From sequence record MK599315.1: a DNA stretch of 64,000 nucleotides. The stretch is one strand, 5' to 3'. Of the stretch, positions 1 through 11,067 are shown in pieces. Position numbers and translations under genes: made by a program. The notes below the pieces were generated by a model that had not been told where the DNA came from, did no database searches, and was given only the letters and a program-made list of their open reading frames with translations. Within the stretch, counting starts at the first letter, position 1. Each line of letters begins with the position of its first letter.

Positions 1-408
1 GATCCGGTGGTCCAAAGCTCCGGTGAAAAATCGGTGATCGTTGATCCAACTGCAACTCTACCGCACCTGACCGAAGAACATCTCCGTAAAGGAGGTGATA
101 TCCGATTGGCTATGGTCTATAATGTCAGAGCCCTTCGTGAAGATCTTCGTCGCATGGAGCTCCTGAACATTTCCATGGAATCACTGTTGCCTCGCAACCT
201 CCGTGTCAAAGACCTCGATGTTCCGGGTATGTTCCTCTCCACCAATCACACCATTCTGACTCGTCAACTGAAGTCCATTATGCGTGGTAAAGGTAACTAT
301 GACAAATACGTCGTAGAGGGTCTTGCACGTATGGGTGTTGATGTTTGGTATGATGAAGCTAAACGTAAAGTTGGCTTTAAAGATGGCACTTTTGTGGCGA
401 TGGTGTAA
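1..408 (+). CDS. 3' part of a gene running off the left edge; by synteny probably the non-virion RNAP beta-like subunit (phiKZ gp123-like)
   Basis: Frame is open from base 1 (GAT CCG GTG GTC...). Position just upstream of the gp125-gp129-like block. No catalytic motif in this fragment, so the call rests on synteny. Confidence 0.45.
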   Translation, partial: DPVVQSSGEKSVIVDPTATLPHLTEEHLRKGGDIRLAMVYNVRALREDLRRMELLNISMESLLPRNLRVKDLDVPGMFLSTNHTILTRQLKSIMRGKGNYDKYVVEGLARMGVDVWYDEAKRKVGFKDGTFVAMV

Positions 409-681
409 ATGTCTGTCTTCGGTTATGTATTGACGTGGACTCAGGAATTTCACATGTGGTTCCTGATAGCTGTTCTCGCTGCTTTCTTTGCTCTTTATCT
501 AAATCATCGGTTTAGGTATCTCATCTACGTGCCATTTGAAAAGATTGGCAAACGTGATTTCATTAAGATGTCCCTTACTTCAATTACAATGCTGTTGTGT
601 ATTGTCGTTGTATTTGGGGCTACTCTACGAATGATCGAGATGAAAGAGATCGATAGAGTATGGTCGATTGAACAGCGATGA
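409..681 (+). CDS. small membrane protein (2 predicted TM helices)
   Basis: 90 aa ORF abutting the upstream stop; hydrophobic stretches WFLIAVLAAFFALYL and LTSITMLLCIVVVFGATL; followed by a hairpin. Confidence 0.75.
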   Translation: MSVFGYVLTWTQEFHMWFLIAVLAAFFALYLNHRFRYLIYVPFEKIGKRDFIKMSLTSITMLLCIVVVFGATLRMIEMKEIDRVWSIEQR

Positions 682-686
682 GTAAC

Positions 687-725
687 AACATATCCGCCCT
701 CTCCGTTCGGGAGAGGCGATATGCT
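687..725. terminator. bidirectional intrinsic terminator hairpin (CATA..TATG family)
   Basis: aacatatccgccctctcc-gttc-gggagaggcgatatg followed by a T-rich tract, between convergent genes. Confidence 0.8.
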
Positions 726-735
726 TTATTTTTTT

Positions 736-1164
736 TTATTTCTCGAAACTTAATTCAACTTGTGAAGTTGGAATGTAGGCTAGAGAACGAGTAGTGGGTT
801 TTAAAATAACCGTATTACCAGTTAGAGGACCATCTAGGAATTCATCAGTATCGACGGGTACAGTCACTTTATCACGGAGTACTTTAATAACATCATGGAT
901 AGTTGAATAATCAATTCTCTTCCCTGGAATAACAACCCCATTGAGAGCTTCTTCAATTCGATATCGATTAAAGAATATTTGTTTCTGTCCTTTAAAATAC
1001 TTGCTTGTCCCAACAGCCTGAATAGTAGCTCTTGAGTTATTACCGTTCTGCAACCATATTTCAATACCAGTCCAAATAACATCCTCAGGACGAATAGCTG
1101 GATCCAACTTGTTCTGAATACTAAACTGTTGGAGTAGTTTAGATTTCATGTTTTTAACGTGCAT
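736..1164 (-). CDS. hypothetical (probable virion-associated) protein
   Basis: 142 aa ORF with SD (AAGGAG), co-oriented with the upstream structural genes. Confidence 0.7.
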   Translation of the reverse strand: MHVKNMKSKLLQQFSIQNKLDPAIRPEDVIWTGIEIWLQNGNNSRATIQAVGTSKYFKGQKQIFFNRYRIEEALNGVVIPGKRIDYSTIHDVIKVLRDKVTVPVDTDEFLDGPLTGNTVILKPTTRSLAYIPTSQVELSFEK

Positions 1165-1173
1165 CTCTACTCC

Positions 1174-2052
1174 TTAGTTATAATGAATTCTAATTTCGCC
1201 AACGACATCCTGACATAAAGTTTTATGTAACTCGATAACAAGTACATTTTGTATATCAGTACGCCCACTAAATCGAGGTAGTACAATGCCATTATAAATG
1301 ATCCTGTACTTTAGAACCCCTATTTCTTCAGTATAAGCGATGTTGTGAGAAGCTGGTGTCTTTGATGCTGTCCAAGGTTTATTCGTCACCTCGGCGAGAA
1401 TAGCGGCCATCTTCTTAGGATCCGGATGGGTACCAGCCTTTGTTAGATGACGAAGATACTCTCTATGTTCACTAAAGTCATATCCAGTGATGTAATAAGT
1501 ACCATTGATCAGTGAAAGATCATTAGCTTTAACATTGTCAGGTTTACCTACGTCAGGGAATTCAACTTTACTGAAAGTAGATAATTCCTTTCGTAGTGTA
1601 TTAATCAAACGAACCCGAAGAAAACCTACAAAACGAAGAGACTTTTTATTCGCATGGAGAATGAATTCTTGGTTGAATACATTATACTCGGTATGTTCGA
1701 AATCATCTACATCAAAAACAATGTTATTTAACTCGGATAATTTTTCGACAACCTTTAAACTGGAATATGGAGTATCCACATTCGATAAATCAAGCACTTG
1801 GGTTTGTCTAAAAAATGTCGTCAAATCTAATCGATCGTACGTATAAGTATCGAGTTCGACTTCCGGTAGTAAGTTACCGGAAGCCTTACTGCGATTTACA
1901 CTTATAACAATACGAGTCTTGGTACCACCCAGTGATTCGAACTGTTCAAGCTTAGTACTACCCGGAAACAATTGGGTAAAACAAGCATCGTTGATCATGT
2001 CGATTATAGATGTCCAAGGAGTAGACTGTAAATAGTCTCTCGTAATGTACAT
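1174..2052 (-). CDS. virion structural protein (phiKZ gp127-like)
   Basis: 292 aa; contains a YxYDRLDL motif typical of phiKZ tail/baseplate structural paralogues; synteny. Confidence 0.65.
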   Translation of the reverse strand: MYITRDYLQSTPWTSIIDMINDACFTQLFPGSTKLEQFESLGGTKTRIVISVNRSKASGNLLPEVELDTYTYDRLDLTTFFRQTQVLDLSNVDTPYSSLKVVEKLSELNNIVFDVDDFEHTEYNVFNQEFILHANKKSLRFVGFLRVRLINTLRKELSTFSKVEFPDVGKPDNVKANDLSLINGTYYITGYDFSEHREYLRHLTKAGTHPDPKKMAAILAEVTNKPWTASKTPASHNIAYTEEIGVLKYRIIYNGIVLPRFSGRTDIQNVLVIELHKTLCQDVVGEIRIHYN

Positions 2053-2054
2053 GA

Positions 2055-4223
2055 TTACTCCTTAAGTTTCGGCCAGTTAGGGTCAGTGGAATTCTGATAT
2101 TGATCCAAGTCGCCAGTTGTATTCGGCGAATTATTAGTTTCGATAACAACATTACTTACGTTAACACCGTTTACTGGAATGTAATAATGGGCGTCAGCGT
2201 AACTAAGGTCTCTCACTTCTACAAATGGATTAATCCAGAACATATCCTGTTGACTATAAACGTAGTCGACGAATGGAGAAGTAGAATCATCAACAACACG
2301 ATACGTATGCCCTGCCGACGTTCTATATGCTTTGACATTTTGAACAGCGACGTTGCAGATATAGTTACCAGCGGCATCTACTGTAATATCCCCCACACGT
2401 GGCATTACCATACCAAGAATATGGAAATCGGTAAAGCTAACGTTACGAAGATATTGAAGAGGATAACTGGATAGACGACCCATCAACCGTAGCAATTCAC
2501 GCTGCACTTCACCTAGTGTAATAACACGAACCAAGTTGGAGCCAGTTGCAATATTGATGCAATCCATACACATCTGTTCTGCCTCAGTCTTATTTAGATT
2601 GAGGATATCGAAAGATGCTCTACGGAAATAATCTTCAAACTTGGTATTTGGTGGAGCCAGTTTACACATCCGATACATGTAATGGAACTTTACAAGTTGC
2701 TCACAATAAGCACGACCAGCAGGATGCTCCTGGAAAGAATACATTTCCCATTGTAGGAGATATTCTTTGTGTAAACGGACACAGTCCAGATAGAACTGCT
2801 CAGTGGAGATATAGTTACCCATTGGAGTAACCATGTCTTGCACAGCTGTAATTAGACGGTCAGGGATAATACGTTTATCAACAGCTGGTCGAAGTTCACC
2901 AAAGGTAGGTAACTTATCTCTTAGTACTTCATATGCTACAAGACTAGGGATGTTATCGGTTGGAATATCACGAGCCTTGGCATAGGTATACATCATCACA
3001 ATGAAGGCATCTTTAACCGTCATGGTCATGAATTCGCCAGTCTTAGGATTAGGTATTTGAACATAAGCCCTATATTTATCACTTGAGGCCAAATGTAACC
3101 ATTCGTTCAGCAATACGCTCATTAATGAACGTACGGAACTATTAGACCGGTCAATCACCTCAGAGTCAAGAACTTTAGTTCTAAGCCAACTGTATTGATC
3201 GGAACTCATCTTATCGGTGATATCTTGCTCAGCATCGAAACGAACAAGAGGGTTCTCTCTTGCAAGGTCATCTTCCCTTTCAAGAACGTCTGCCACAGAT
3301 GTCGTTTCTTGGCCTTCTTGTACGACAGGGAAGTTAACGTCGTGTTTTATCATATCGACGGTTGGTCGATGCTGCTCAGGCATTTTAGAACTGTTTTGTT
3401 CAATAGTAAAACTGATCAACGGAATGCCACGAGGTGTAAGAATATTCTTAACAAGACGTTGCCAAATTTCCTTCTTACCCGCATTGCGTTCTAGAAACGC
3501 AATGTTACGATATAACCATAAACGTTGCTCAAGAGAAAGATAGGGAATAAACTCATCCAACCCTTGGTGAGATGCGAGGTATTCCGTAACGTGATAACTA
3601 TGCGCTTCGTTAGTCTTTGCATTCCGCAGACGAATAAGCATAATAGCAATAGGTAAACGGGTATATAAATGACCAAGGAAGTTTGCAAGGTATAGATCGT
3701 CAGTTAAATTAAACTGCGGGTTATACCAGCGAGTAATAAATACATTAACCCACGACTGAAGTTGATGGAAGAAAGAGTATTCATTATCTTCTACATACTT
3801 CGGATCAAAGTACAAAATATCCCCATCATTTGAATCTATTGCCGTTTGGATGTCAATTGGATATAAGATTCCAGTAATCAAACCTGCTTGTTCTGGGAAC
3901 TGTCTTACAAGGCTATTGTATAAAACGCTACCCGGAATATACTCTCGCGCAGTAGCGCGGTGAAGCGCCAGATTTTCTTTTGTGAAATCGATGATTTCAA
4001 GAGTATCCGCGGAACGAACTGTCATCATGACATCTGTTTCATGATACTCACCAGCAAGGTTCTGATAATATTTCCAAGTCTCCGGTCTTGCTGGATCAGC
4101 TTCATGTCCGACCTCTTTTAGGCGTTCATTAATCTGATTAGCTATTTCAGAAAACTTGATTACTACAGATCTTGCAAGTCTCATGACATCGTCACGGTAA
4201 ACTCCAAAATACATGCTACTCAT
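2055..4223 (-). CDS. virion structural/baseplate protein (phiKZ gp128-like)
   Basis: 722 aa, divergent from the portal gene; size and position match gp128. Confidence 0.7.
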   Translation of the reverse strand: MSSMYFGVYRDDVMRLARSVVIKFSEIANQINERLKEVGHEADPARPETWKYYQNLAGEYHETDVMMTVRSADTLEIIDFTKENLALHRATAREYIPGSVLYNSLVRQFPEQAGLITGILYPIDIQTAIDSNDGDILYFDPKYVEDNEYSFFHQLQSWVNVFITRWYNPQFNLTDDLYLANFLGHLYTRLPIAIMLIRLRNAKTNEAHSYHVTEYLASHQGLDEFIPYLSLEQRLWLYRNIAFLERNAGKKEIWQRLVKNILTPRGIPLISFTIEQNSSKMPEQHRPTVDMIKHDVNFPVVQEGQETTSVADVLEREDDLARENPLVRFDAEQDITDKMSSDQYSWLRTKVLDSEVIDRSNSSVRSLMSVLLNEWLHLASSDKYRAYVQIPNPKTGEFMTMTVKDAFIVMMYTYAKARDIPTDNIPSLVAYEVLRDKLPTFGELRPAVDKRIIPDRLITAVQDMVTPMGNYISTEQFYLDCVRLHKEYLLQWEMYSFQEHPAGRAYCEQLVKFHYMYRMCKLAPPNTKFEDYFRRASFDILNLNKTEAEQMCMDCINIATGSNLVRVITLGEVQRELLRLMGRLSSYPLQYLRNVSFTDFHILGMVMPRVGDITVDAAGNYICNVAVQNVKAYRTSAGHTYRVVDDSTSPFVDYVYSQQDMFWINPFVEVRDLSYADAHYYIPVNGVNVSNVVIETNNSPNTTGDLDQYQNSTDPNWPKLKE

Positions 4224-4258
4224 GGTAATTTACTCACTTGTTAAACGAGGAGCTTCAA

Positions 4259-6958
4259 ATGGCTCGACAAACGAATGAGGTAGCGTACCCAAAGTTGCAG
4301 ACGCTCCGTTTAGGATCGAAAGCAACTCCGACTAACGCCCTCCTCAACCTGTTGCGTAAGGACCCGAACGCAATTGGCAGCGAAGCAGCAAAGCCTCGTG
4401 TGAACGTAAACCGTTTCACATTAGATAAGGTTTCGCGTGATACTTCGCAAGAGATCGTTGACTCCGATTCTATTATGCAATTGCTACCAGACCTAGAGCT
4501 GGTAGAAACGGTATATGTCGGTAGTATCATCGACCCTAAAGCACTTTCGGATACGGACCTCACATTCGCGATCGATCCAGCTATCTTTGATAGCGAGATT
4601 GCAAAGCTTTTGTTGGAGCCAGTTGAAACGTACTTTAAACGAGACTATAAGATTGACGAGCGCTTGGACCTGATCCTTCGGGATTGCTTGTTCCGTAAAG
4701 GTGCTTCCATTCTAGCAGTTCTCCCTGAAAACGTTCTTGATAACCTTATCAATGGTCGTCGACAGGTTTCTATGGAAACTTTCTCTTCCATTAGAGATCG
4801 TGTTCAAAACACAACCAATGAAAACCTGGGTTTCCTCGGTCATCCCGATAAGAACAATATCTCTCTTGAGGGATATCATGATAATGCTACAGCTAACCGT
4901 ATCCGTGGGGATAAGCTACTCACTGTAACGGATAACTTTAACATTCTCAAAGTTCCATCGATGTCGCAACGTGTACGTGAAATGAATATTGCACGTAAGC
5001 TACGTGGTAATCAGATCTCGATGGAAAACGCTGTTCATAAATTCGGTAATGCTGAAATTGAACAACTCTATCAAAATCGGTTAGGTGGTACGGAACATAC
5101 ACAGGTGATCACTGCACCTAAGTACATGAACCGACCATCCGTTGGACATCCATTGACTCTCCCTCTTCCAATGGAATCCATTGTACCGGTATTCGTACAG
5201 GGTCGTCCACATGAACACATCGGCTATTTCTTGTTGGTTGACCAACACGGTTACCCGCTCTCCAAAGATTCAACCCGAGATTTCTACGGAGAACTCCAAT
5301 CAGGTTGGAAAGGCGGTAAGAATAACGATAATAGTTCTGAGGTTCTACGTCTCACTCGTGAAGCGATGGGGGCTAATACTTCTAAACAAGACTTCGAAGT
5401 GGATGAGATCCAACAGACATACAACGCTATTATTGTAAACGATCTTAATAACCGTCTACGTAACGGCATGTATGATCAAGAGATTGAAATCGGTCTTACC
5501 GAAGAAATCCAACGGATCATGTTGTACCGCTCTTGGAAAGCAAAGCATACCCAATTGGTTTTCATTCCAGCTGAGCTTCTTGTCTACATCGCATTCGACT
5601 ACAACGAAAACGGTATCGGTGAAACCCTTCTGTCTCGTTCGAAGATTATCGCGACTATGCGTTCTACTCTTCTTATGGCAGAAGCTATTGGCGGTATGCG
5701 TAATGCTGTTGGTCGTAAACGTGTAAGTATTACACTCGATCCGGATGATACTGACCCAGAGCAAACAATCAGTAATATCCAATCGAACATTATGGAATCG
5801 GCTCACAGGAGTTTCCCTCTTGCTGCTCCTGATCCCACACAAGCGATGGACCATCTGATTCGCTCTGGCTTCGACTTTGAAATCAATACCAATGGTGCTG
5901 ATTACGCCGAGACGAAAGTACAGTACGACGATTACAATACCAATGTGAACGCAGGTAATCCCGATCTACAAGATCGTCTTCGCCGCATGCACATTTCTGG
6001 TATGGGTGTACCACCTGAGAAAGTAGACCCGATGTCTTCTCCAGACTTCGCTACTTCTGTGGTACAGAATGACCTTGTAATGTCTCGACGTGTTAAAGAG
6101 AAACAGAAAGCGTTCTGTCAACACTTGTCTAAATTCATTCGTGTATTTGTAACGCACAGTTCTATCCTGCGTAATCAAATGTACAAAATCATTCAAGACA
6201 ACGTTGACATGTTGACATCGCCTGAACTTAAACAGTTGACAGTTGAAGAAGTAGTTGATGAGTTTATCACTGCCATTGAGGTTTCTCTACCGGCACCCGA
6301 TAATACTCAACATGAACGTCAAGCAGAATCGATGGATGCCTATGATCGACTTCTGACTATGGGCTTGGAAAACTACATTACCAGCGAACTCTTCCCTGAT
6401 GAGTTTACTTCCATACCTGGTCTGTCTGACCAGATAATGGTTCAGTTGAAAGCTGTATTTAAACGTCAGTTTATGGCAACACACAACATCCTTCCTGAAC
6501 TTAATGTTCTTACTGAGATGGATGGCGATAAGCCTGCATTTAGTCTGCTTGATTGGCTGAACGTACAGCAGGAAACTGTTGGCTCAGCTATCCTTAGTTA
6601 TGCGAAGCATCAACAAGAAGCCAAGAAGCGTCTTGAAGCTAAGTATAAATCTACTATCGATGGAGCAGATGACATTGGTGGCGGTGGTGACAGTTGGAAC
6701 AACGATAATAATGATGGGTCTGGAGATGACTCCTTCTCTGATTTAGATAGTTCCGATACTGATCTTGGTGTCGACGGTGGTACAGGGGATACTCCGGGTG
6801 GCGATAGTGATATTGCCGACGCGGACGAACCTTCTAGCGAAGATACTGATGAAGCTAATCCTGAAGATGAGCCGCAAGTTGAAGGTCTTGAAGATCCGAT
6901 ATCTGCTGCTGAGCAGGATGAACTGGAAGACGAAGAAGATACATCTGACTTCCGTTAA
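4259..6958 (+). CDS. portal protein (phiKZ gp129-like) with acidic C-terminal tail
   Basis: 899 aa from the ATG after GAGGAG; synteny and size; S-x-E motifs (VSME, ISLE, ISME) typical of gp175-type processing; D/E/G-rich tail. Confidence 0.75.
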   Translation: MARQTNEVAYPKLQTLRLGSKATPTNALLNLLRKDPNAIGSEAAKPRVNVNRFTLDKVSRDTSQEIVDSDSIMQLLPDLELVETVYVGSIIDPKALSDTDLTFAIDPAIFDSEIAKLLLEPVETYFKRDYKIDERLDLILRDCLFRKGASILAVLPENVLDNLINGRRQVSMETFSSIRDRVQNTTNENLGFLGHPDKNNISLEGYHDNATANRIRGDKLLTVTDNFNILKVPSMSQRVREMNIARKLRGNQISMENAVHKFGNAEIEQLYQNRLGGTEHTQVITAPKYMNRPSVGHPLTLPLPMESIVPVFVQGRPHEHIGYFLLVDQHGYPLSKDSTRDFYGELQSGWKGGKNNDNSSEVLRLTREAMGANTSKQDFEVDEIQQTYNAIIVNDLNNRLRNGMYDQEIEIGLTEEIQRIMLYRSWKAKHTQLVFIPAELLVYIAFDYNENGIGETLLSRSKIIATMRSTLLMAEAIGGMRNAVGRKRVSITLDPDDTDPEQTISNIQSNIMESAHRSFPLAAPDPTQAMDHLIRSGFDFEINTNGADYAETKVQYDDYNTNVNAGNPDLQDRLRRMHISGMGVPPEKVDPMSSPDFATSVVQNDLVMSRRVKEKQKAFCQHLSKFIRVFVTHSSILRNQMYKIIQDNVDMLTSPELKQLTVEEVVDEFITAIEVSLPAPDNTQHERQAESMDAYDRLLTMGLENYITSELFPDEFTSIPGLSDQIMVQLKAVFKRQFMATHNILPELNVLTEMDGDKPAFSLLDWLNVQQETVGSAILSYAKHQQEAKKRLEAKYKSTIDGADDIGGGGDSWNNDNNDGSGDDSFSDLDSSDTDLGVDGGTGDTPGGDSDIADADEPSSEDTDEANPEDEPQVEGLEDPISAAEQDELEDEEDTSDFR

Positions 6959-6997
6959 CGACATAAAGCCCGGCCTTGAGCCGGGCAATATGTTGTC
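6959..6997. terminator. bidirectional hairpin terminator
   Basis: gacataaagcccggc-cttga-gccgggcaatatgttgtc between convergent genes. Confidence 0.8.
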
Positions 6998-8284
6998 TTA
7001 ACCTTCAACACCTAAAATTCGGTAATATGCAGTCTCGTCTCTAAATGGATGAGCTGGGTAACGCCCTCCATCCACTACCTCTTGCTTAGGCCATGCACGG
7101 GTATTAGCATCGTACGAATTCCGACGATTTAATACAGCACAGTAGACGTACATGTTTTCATGTTGAGGAACAATACCTTCATGATGAGGTTCTTTGATGG
7201 TGTGGTAATCCAACATTCTACCGTACGCTCCAACGAGTGGAGCCCTGTCGTATTTGTTATCAAAGTAACGACCAGGTAGATTGAGATATTCTACAGCTTC
7301 GTATTCCTGAAAGAACGATTGTGAATCAACAATCACAAAGAAGCTCTGACTCAATGTTAGATATTTTCTAATAACATCGTTATTTTTGAGTTCATCTACA
7401 TTGAATAGAGTTGGGTTCTCTTTATCGAAGGTTAATCCTAGGGAAGAGAGATCCATTGCGTGGTACGATTCAAGATAACGATCCAAGAACATCATGTTAC
7501 CAAACTGTACTCTCCATGTCCTTTCACCTACGCGATTATAAACACTAGATAGAACATTAAGATAACCGCCGGTAACAAGCAATACTGTTTTGTTATCGAT
7601 ATCTACGTTTTCAGGCATTGTTAGATAAGCACCATCCCAAAGAGGAGCAGTGGGATTAAGTCCACTAATCATGCTATCGACAATAGGAACAAAGGTAAGC
7701 TTACCAATAGTTTCAAAACTGTAGACACCAATTTGGTTATCGTTACATTTACGTAACGTCGTGTTCCCATCGATAATCCTTACACCAGCACTGGTATAAT
7801 CACATAGATGGAAATAACCGTTAACCGAGATCATTGAATAATCTCTGATCTTTGCAGGTTGGTGTTTTGGGTGAACCATAAGAAGGTCTTCTTTATGGAA
7901 GTCGCTTCCTTGATCAAGTGGGTGGCCACCGCGAGCAACAGGGGTAAAGTTATAACCACAGTGCCATGCCTGAGCATATTTTACCAAACGGATTTTTTCA
8001 TTTGGTAGTTCTGCATCAAAGGGGAGAGCTTTATTACCTAAAGAGGTTAACCACTCTTGAACAGTAACAGTTGGTTCAACATCGTTTAGCCAGTTAGTAA
8101 CATTAACCCAGTGCAGTGCTCTTGTTACAGGCTCACCTTGGCCAGGATATTGGATGTAGAGATAAATATCCCCATACTTCGCAGCTAGTGTAGTTACTAG
8201 CTCATTTGTAAAGTCCGCTTCCTGCCACCGACCACCTCGGCGACTAGGGCGATACCTAGAACGTACAAGCACGTACATTGTCAT
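6998..8284 (-). CDS. virion structural protein (phiKZ gp130-like)
   Basis: 428 aa, between the portal and the tail-fibre cluster; synteny. Confidence 0.7.
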   Translation of the reverse strand: MTMYVLVRSRYRPSRRGGRWQEADFTNELVTTLAAKYGDIYLYIQYPGQGEPVTRALHWVNVTNWLNDVEPTVTVQEWLTSLGNKALPFDAELPNEKIRLVKYAQAWHCGYNFTPVARGGHPLDQGSDFHKEDLLMVHPKHQPAKIRDYSMISVNGYFHLCDYTSAGVRIIDGNTTLRKCNDNQIGVYSFETIGKLTFVPIVDSMISGLNPTAPLWDGAYLTMPENVDIDNKTVLLVTGGYLNVLSSVYNRVGERTWRVQFGNMMFLDRYLESYHAMDLSSLGLTFDKENPTLFNVDELKNNDVIRKYLTLSQSFFVIVDSQSFFQEYEAVEYLNLPGRYFDNKYDRAPLVGAYGRMLDYHTIKEPHHEGIVPQHENMYVYCAVLNRRNSYDANTRAWPKQEVVDGGRYPAHPFRDETAYYRILGVEG

Positions 8285-8312
8285 GTCTCCGTTAGAAAAG
8301 ATCGGACAATCT

Positions 8313-8316
8313 TATG
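8313..8316 (+). promoter_or_regulatory. possible late promoter core (TATG) overlapping the palindrome ATGTGAATTTCACAT
   Basis: TATG about 55 nt upstream of the tail-fibre operon; phiKZ late promoters have a conserved TATG. A 4-mer is weak evidence. Confidence 0.35.
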
Positions 8317-8372
8317 TGAATTTCACATCATTACGCTAACAACCGCGCGCTAGCGCTTTAAAGGAGGGCGCG

Positions 8373-10655
8373 ATGTCCACCGTTAGTACAACCGGTCTAT
8401 ATGACGAGGATTTGCATGGGACTAACCCAGCTAACCTTATCACAGGGGAAATCCAAACCCTGCAAGTACCCGGCCCTACCGATTACTATTTCATTATTCC
8501 GAAAGCGGCACCTTTCTTTGTCGACTCTCTTAAAGTACGGAACAACCAGACCGGTGCTCTGTTTGTAGAGGGTGTCGATTACATGATCGGTCACCGTTTC
8601 ATCGAAGCAATGGATTCTATTGGTCGACCGATCGCTGGTTCTATCCGCTTCATGAAACGCTCTATCGCCGGTCAAGCACGTCTTGACTATCGGACCATCG
8701 GTGGGCAGTGGGGCTTTAGCGACCAAGCTATTCTGGCGGAACTGTCTCGTCGACAGTATAACCCGCTGATTCGTGCATGGGGTAATATTGATGTACTCCC
8801 TGCCTCGTTCCCACCTCTCGATCACGATCAACCGATCGATAGTCTAGTGGGTTCAGAAGAGATTAATGCTTCTCTTCAACGTCTTGGCGATATCATGGAA
8901 GCAACTGCTTCCGGTACAACCGAGTCGCACTTAAGAGATTTCGATAACCCGCACCGTGTTAATAAGGTACAGGTTCAGCTTGGTAACGTGCCTAACTTCT
9001 CTATGGCGACTGACCAGCAACATAAAGACGGTAATCGTAACGATCTGTTTACGAACCCTCGTGGTGTGATGCTTTCTATTCAAGAGAATGCCCTTAAGCC
9101 TCTTAATGCTCACATTACTGCGACCGGTAACGTTCATGGAATGGTCCCGCGTGACATTGGTCTGGGTAACGTTCCTAACTATCCTGCTGCAACACCACAA
9201 CAGGCTGTTGATCCGACTAACAATAGTACCTTGATGACTCCGTATACGGTGTCTCTGCTTATTCAAGCCGTTCAAGGTGATCCTCGTCTTGATCAATTAA
9301 TCATTGACTTCAATAAACACCTTACCGATACTAACCCGCACAATATCACTCCTGGTCTAATTGGTACTTATACCAAGCAAGAAATTGATCAGAAGATTTC
9401 GGCTGGTGGAAGTGGTGGTGATGCTACTACCTTTGGTGGTGAAACACCTGAGGAATGGGAAGCTAAATTCCCAGCTAATAGCGATATCAATGGGATCATG
9501 TCGGAAGTGACTGAGAAGATCGCTGAAGGTATTGCATCTTCAGCTGACATCAGCTTTAATGATCCGACTCCTCCAGACGAACAAGATAAACAGCGACTGA
9601 GTAAGATTCAAGGCGTACAAGCCGGTGCTGCTGCGTATGCATTGTTCAATGGATCGGGTGATACAGTTTATCGTTCCGAGCCAGGTGGAGCAGATGCTTA
9701 TCCAAAAACTCCAATTCATGGAGCAGCTTGGTCGTGGCTAAGTCTACAAGATGCAGATTATCACCTAGTCCCAGCGGTACGTGACTTCCAGTCCGGTACT
9801 TGGTCTCAAGGTGATGGTATCCGTGCAGCGGGTTCTGCTAAGCTGGCTATCCCGGCAGGTTGGGCGGCAGGCGCTGGTTTCAATCAGGCGAATGCAATGG
9901 TTGCTATGTGGGGTTCTAAGACAGCTCTATATGTTCAACTGAAGCCCAGTGATGGTGCAGACGAAGGTAAGATCATGAAGATCGCCGGCGGCACTGTAAC
10001 TCAACTGTACGCTGAATCTGATAACGTTACTGAGATGTGGGTTGCGACTGAGGATGAAGATTCTCGTCAAATGGCAATTGTTGAAAAGTCTCCGCCTTCT
10101 GGTGATCCGACTTATACAGCAATAGGTGCCAGTGACTGGGTTTCGGCTGCTACTCCAGTTATCGCAGCACAATTGACCGGTGGGTGGGAAATCTCTGATA
10201 TCCGGATTGGTTCTAAGTATCTCGTGTTCCAAGGTGGTAATACCACCAGCGGGAATGCTAGTCGAATCCGTGTATATGAGATTACATATACACCTACGTT
10301 CAAGTTGACTGAAGTCACTTCTACTCTCGATGTCTGGTCGGCTAAAGATAACCGTCTAGTCAAAGCAAATACCCTAACCGATGTAAGTTCTATCTCTGGT
10401 AACTACGGACACCATGCTGTTCAAATTAGACGTGATCCGTCCAGCCTTGAGAATATGGATACTGATATCGCTATGTTCGGTTCCAATGAGAATGGACAGT
10501 TAGAAATTCCTTACGGGTCAGCACCTTTCTATAGTGCGGCTGCTGGTAAAGGTTTCACTGTTACTGTCAATAATCTTGGTTACACTGAATTCTGGGGTGA
10601 CTCTCCGACCAATGCTCTCATCTGGAATGATGGGACGACTATTGTCGCACCCTAA
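8373..10655 (+). CDS. tail tip/fibre protein (phiKZ gp131-like), probable C-terminal beta-propeller
   Basis: 760 aa; N-terminal domain shared with downstream paralogues; H-x-x-D-x-x-NPH-x-V...LGNV repeats; C-terminal blade/RCC1-like text (MFGSNENGQL). Confidence 0.75.
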   Translation: MSTVSTTGLYDEDLHGTNPANLITGEIQTLQVPGPTDYYFIIPKAAPFFVDSLKVRNNQTGALFVEGVDYMIGHRFIEAMDSIGRPIAGSIRFMKRSIAGQARLDYRTIGGQWGFSDQAILAELSRRQYNPLIRAWGNIDVLPASFPPLDHDQPIDSLVGSEEINASLQRLGDIMEATASGTTESHLRDFDNPHRVNKVQVQLGNVPNFSMATDQQHKDGNRNDLFTNPRGVMLSIQENALKPLNAHITATGNVHGMVPRDIGLGNVPNYPAATPQQAVDPTNNSTLMTPYTVSLLIQAVQGDPRLDQLIIDFNKHLTDTNPHNITPGLIGTYTKQEIDQKISAGGSGGDATTFGGETPEEWEAKFPANSDINGIMSEVTEKIAEGIASSADISFNDPTPPDEQDKQRLSKIQGVQAGAAAYALFNGSGDTVYRSEPGGADAYPKTPIHGAAWSWLSLQDADYHLVPAVRDFQSGTWSQGDGIRAAGSAKLAIPAGWAAGAGFNQANAMVAMWGSKTALYVQLKPSDGADEGKIMKIAGGTVTQLYAESDNVTEMWVATEDEDSRQMAIVEKSPPSGDPTYTAIGASDWVSAATPVIAAQLTGGWEISDIRIGSKYLVFQGGNTTSGNASRIRVYEITYTPTFKLTEVTSTLDVWSAKDNRLVKANTLTDVSSISGNYGHHAVQIRRDPSSLENMDTDIAMFGSNENGQLEIPYGSAPFYSAAAGKGFTVTVNNLGYTEFWGDSPTNALIWNDGTTIVAP

Positions 10656-10666
10656 GGAGATTTAAG

Positions 10667-10990
10667 ATGGCTATGACAGTATTTCGTGTCGAACTCGATA
10701 AGCTGAAAGGCAATATCGGTCAGTTTAACAACATCATTCTCAACCTGCTCCGTAGTGCTCGGGACCGTATGAACGCACACATCCTTGAAAAAGGTAACGT
10801 TCATGGACTTGAGCCTATGGATATCGGTTTGGGTAATGTCCCCGACTGGCTACCGGCACAGCAATCACAAGCTAAGGGTGGCACGAACAACTCTTCGTTC
10901 ATGACACCTAAACGGGTAGACAACTACGCTGAGGAGAATATCTTCAAAGCGATAGAGAAAGTGTTTAACGACGCTTACGATCGTTTGTAA
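10667..10990 (+). CDS. short tail-fibre-family protein (gp132-like)
   Basis: 107 aa with one GNVHG..DIGLGNV..SFMTP repeat homologous to the gp131-like repeats. Confidence 0.75.
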   Translation: MAMTVFRVELDKLKGNIGQFNNIILNLLRSARDRMNAHILEKGNVHGLEPMDIGLGNVPDWLPAQQSQAKGGTNNSSFMTPKRVDNYAEENIFKAIEKVFNDAYDRL

Positions 10991-11067
10991 CCTACCCTGG
11001 CAACGGATGGAATCACTGTGTGTAAAAGCACGGTGGTTCCGTCTTTTGTTCAATTTGGAGAATTTAA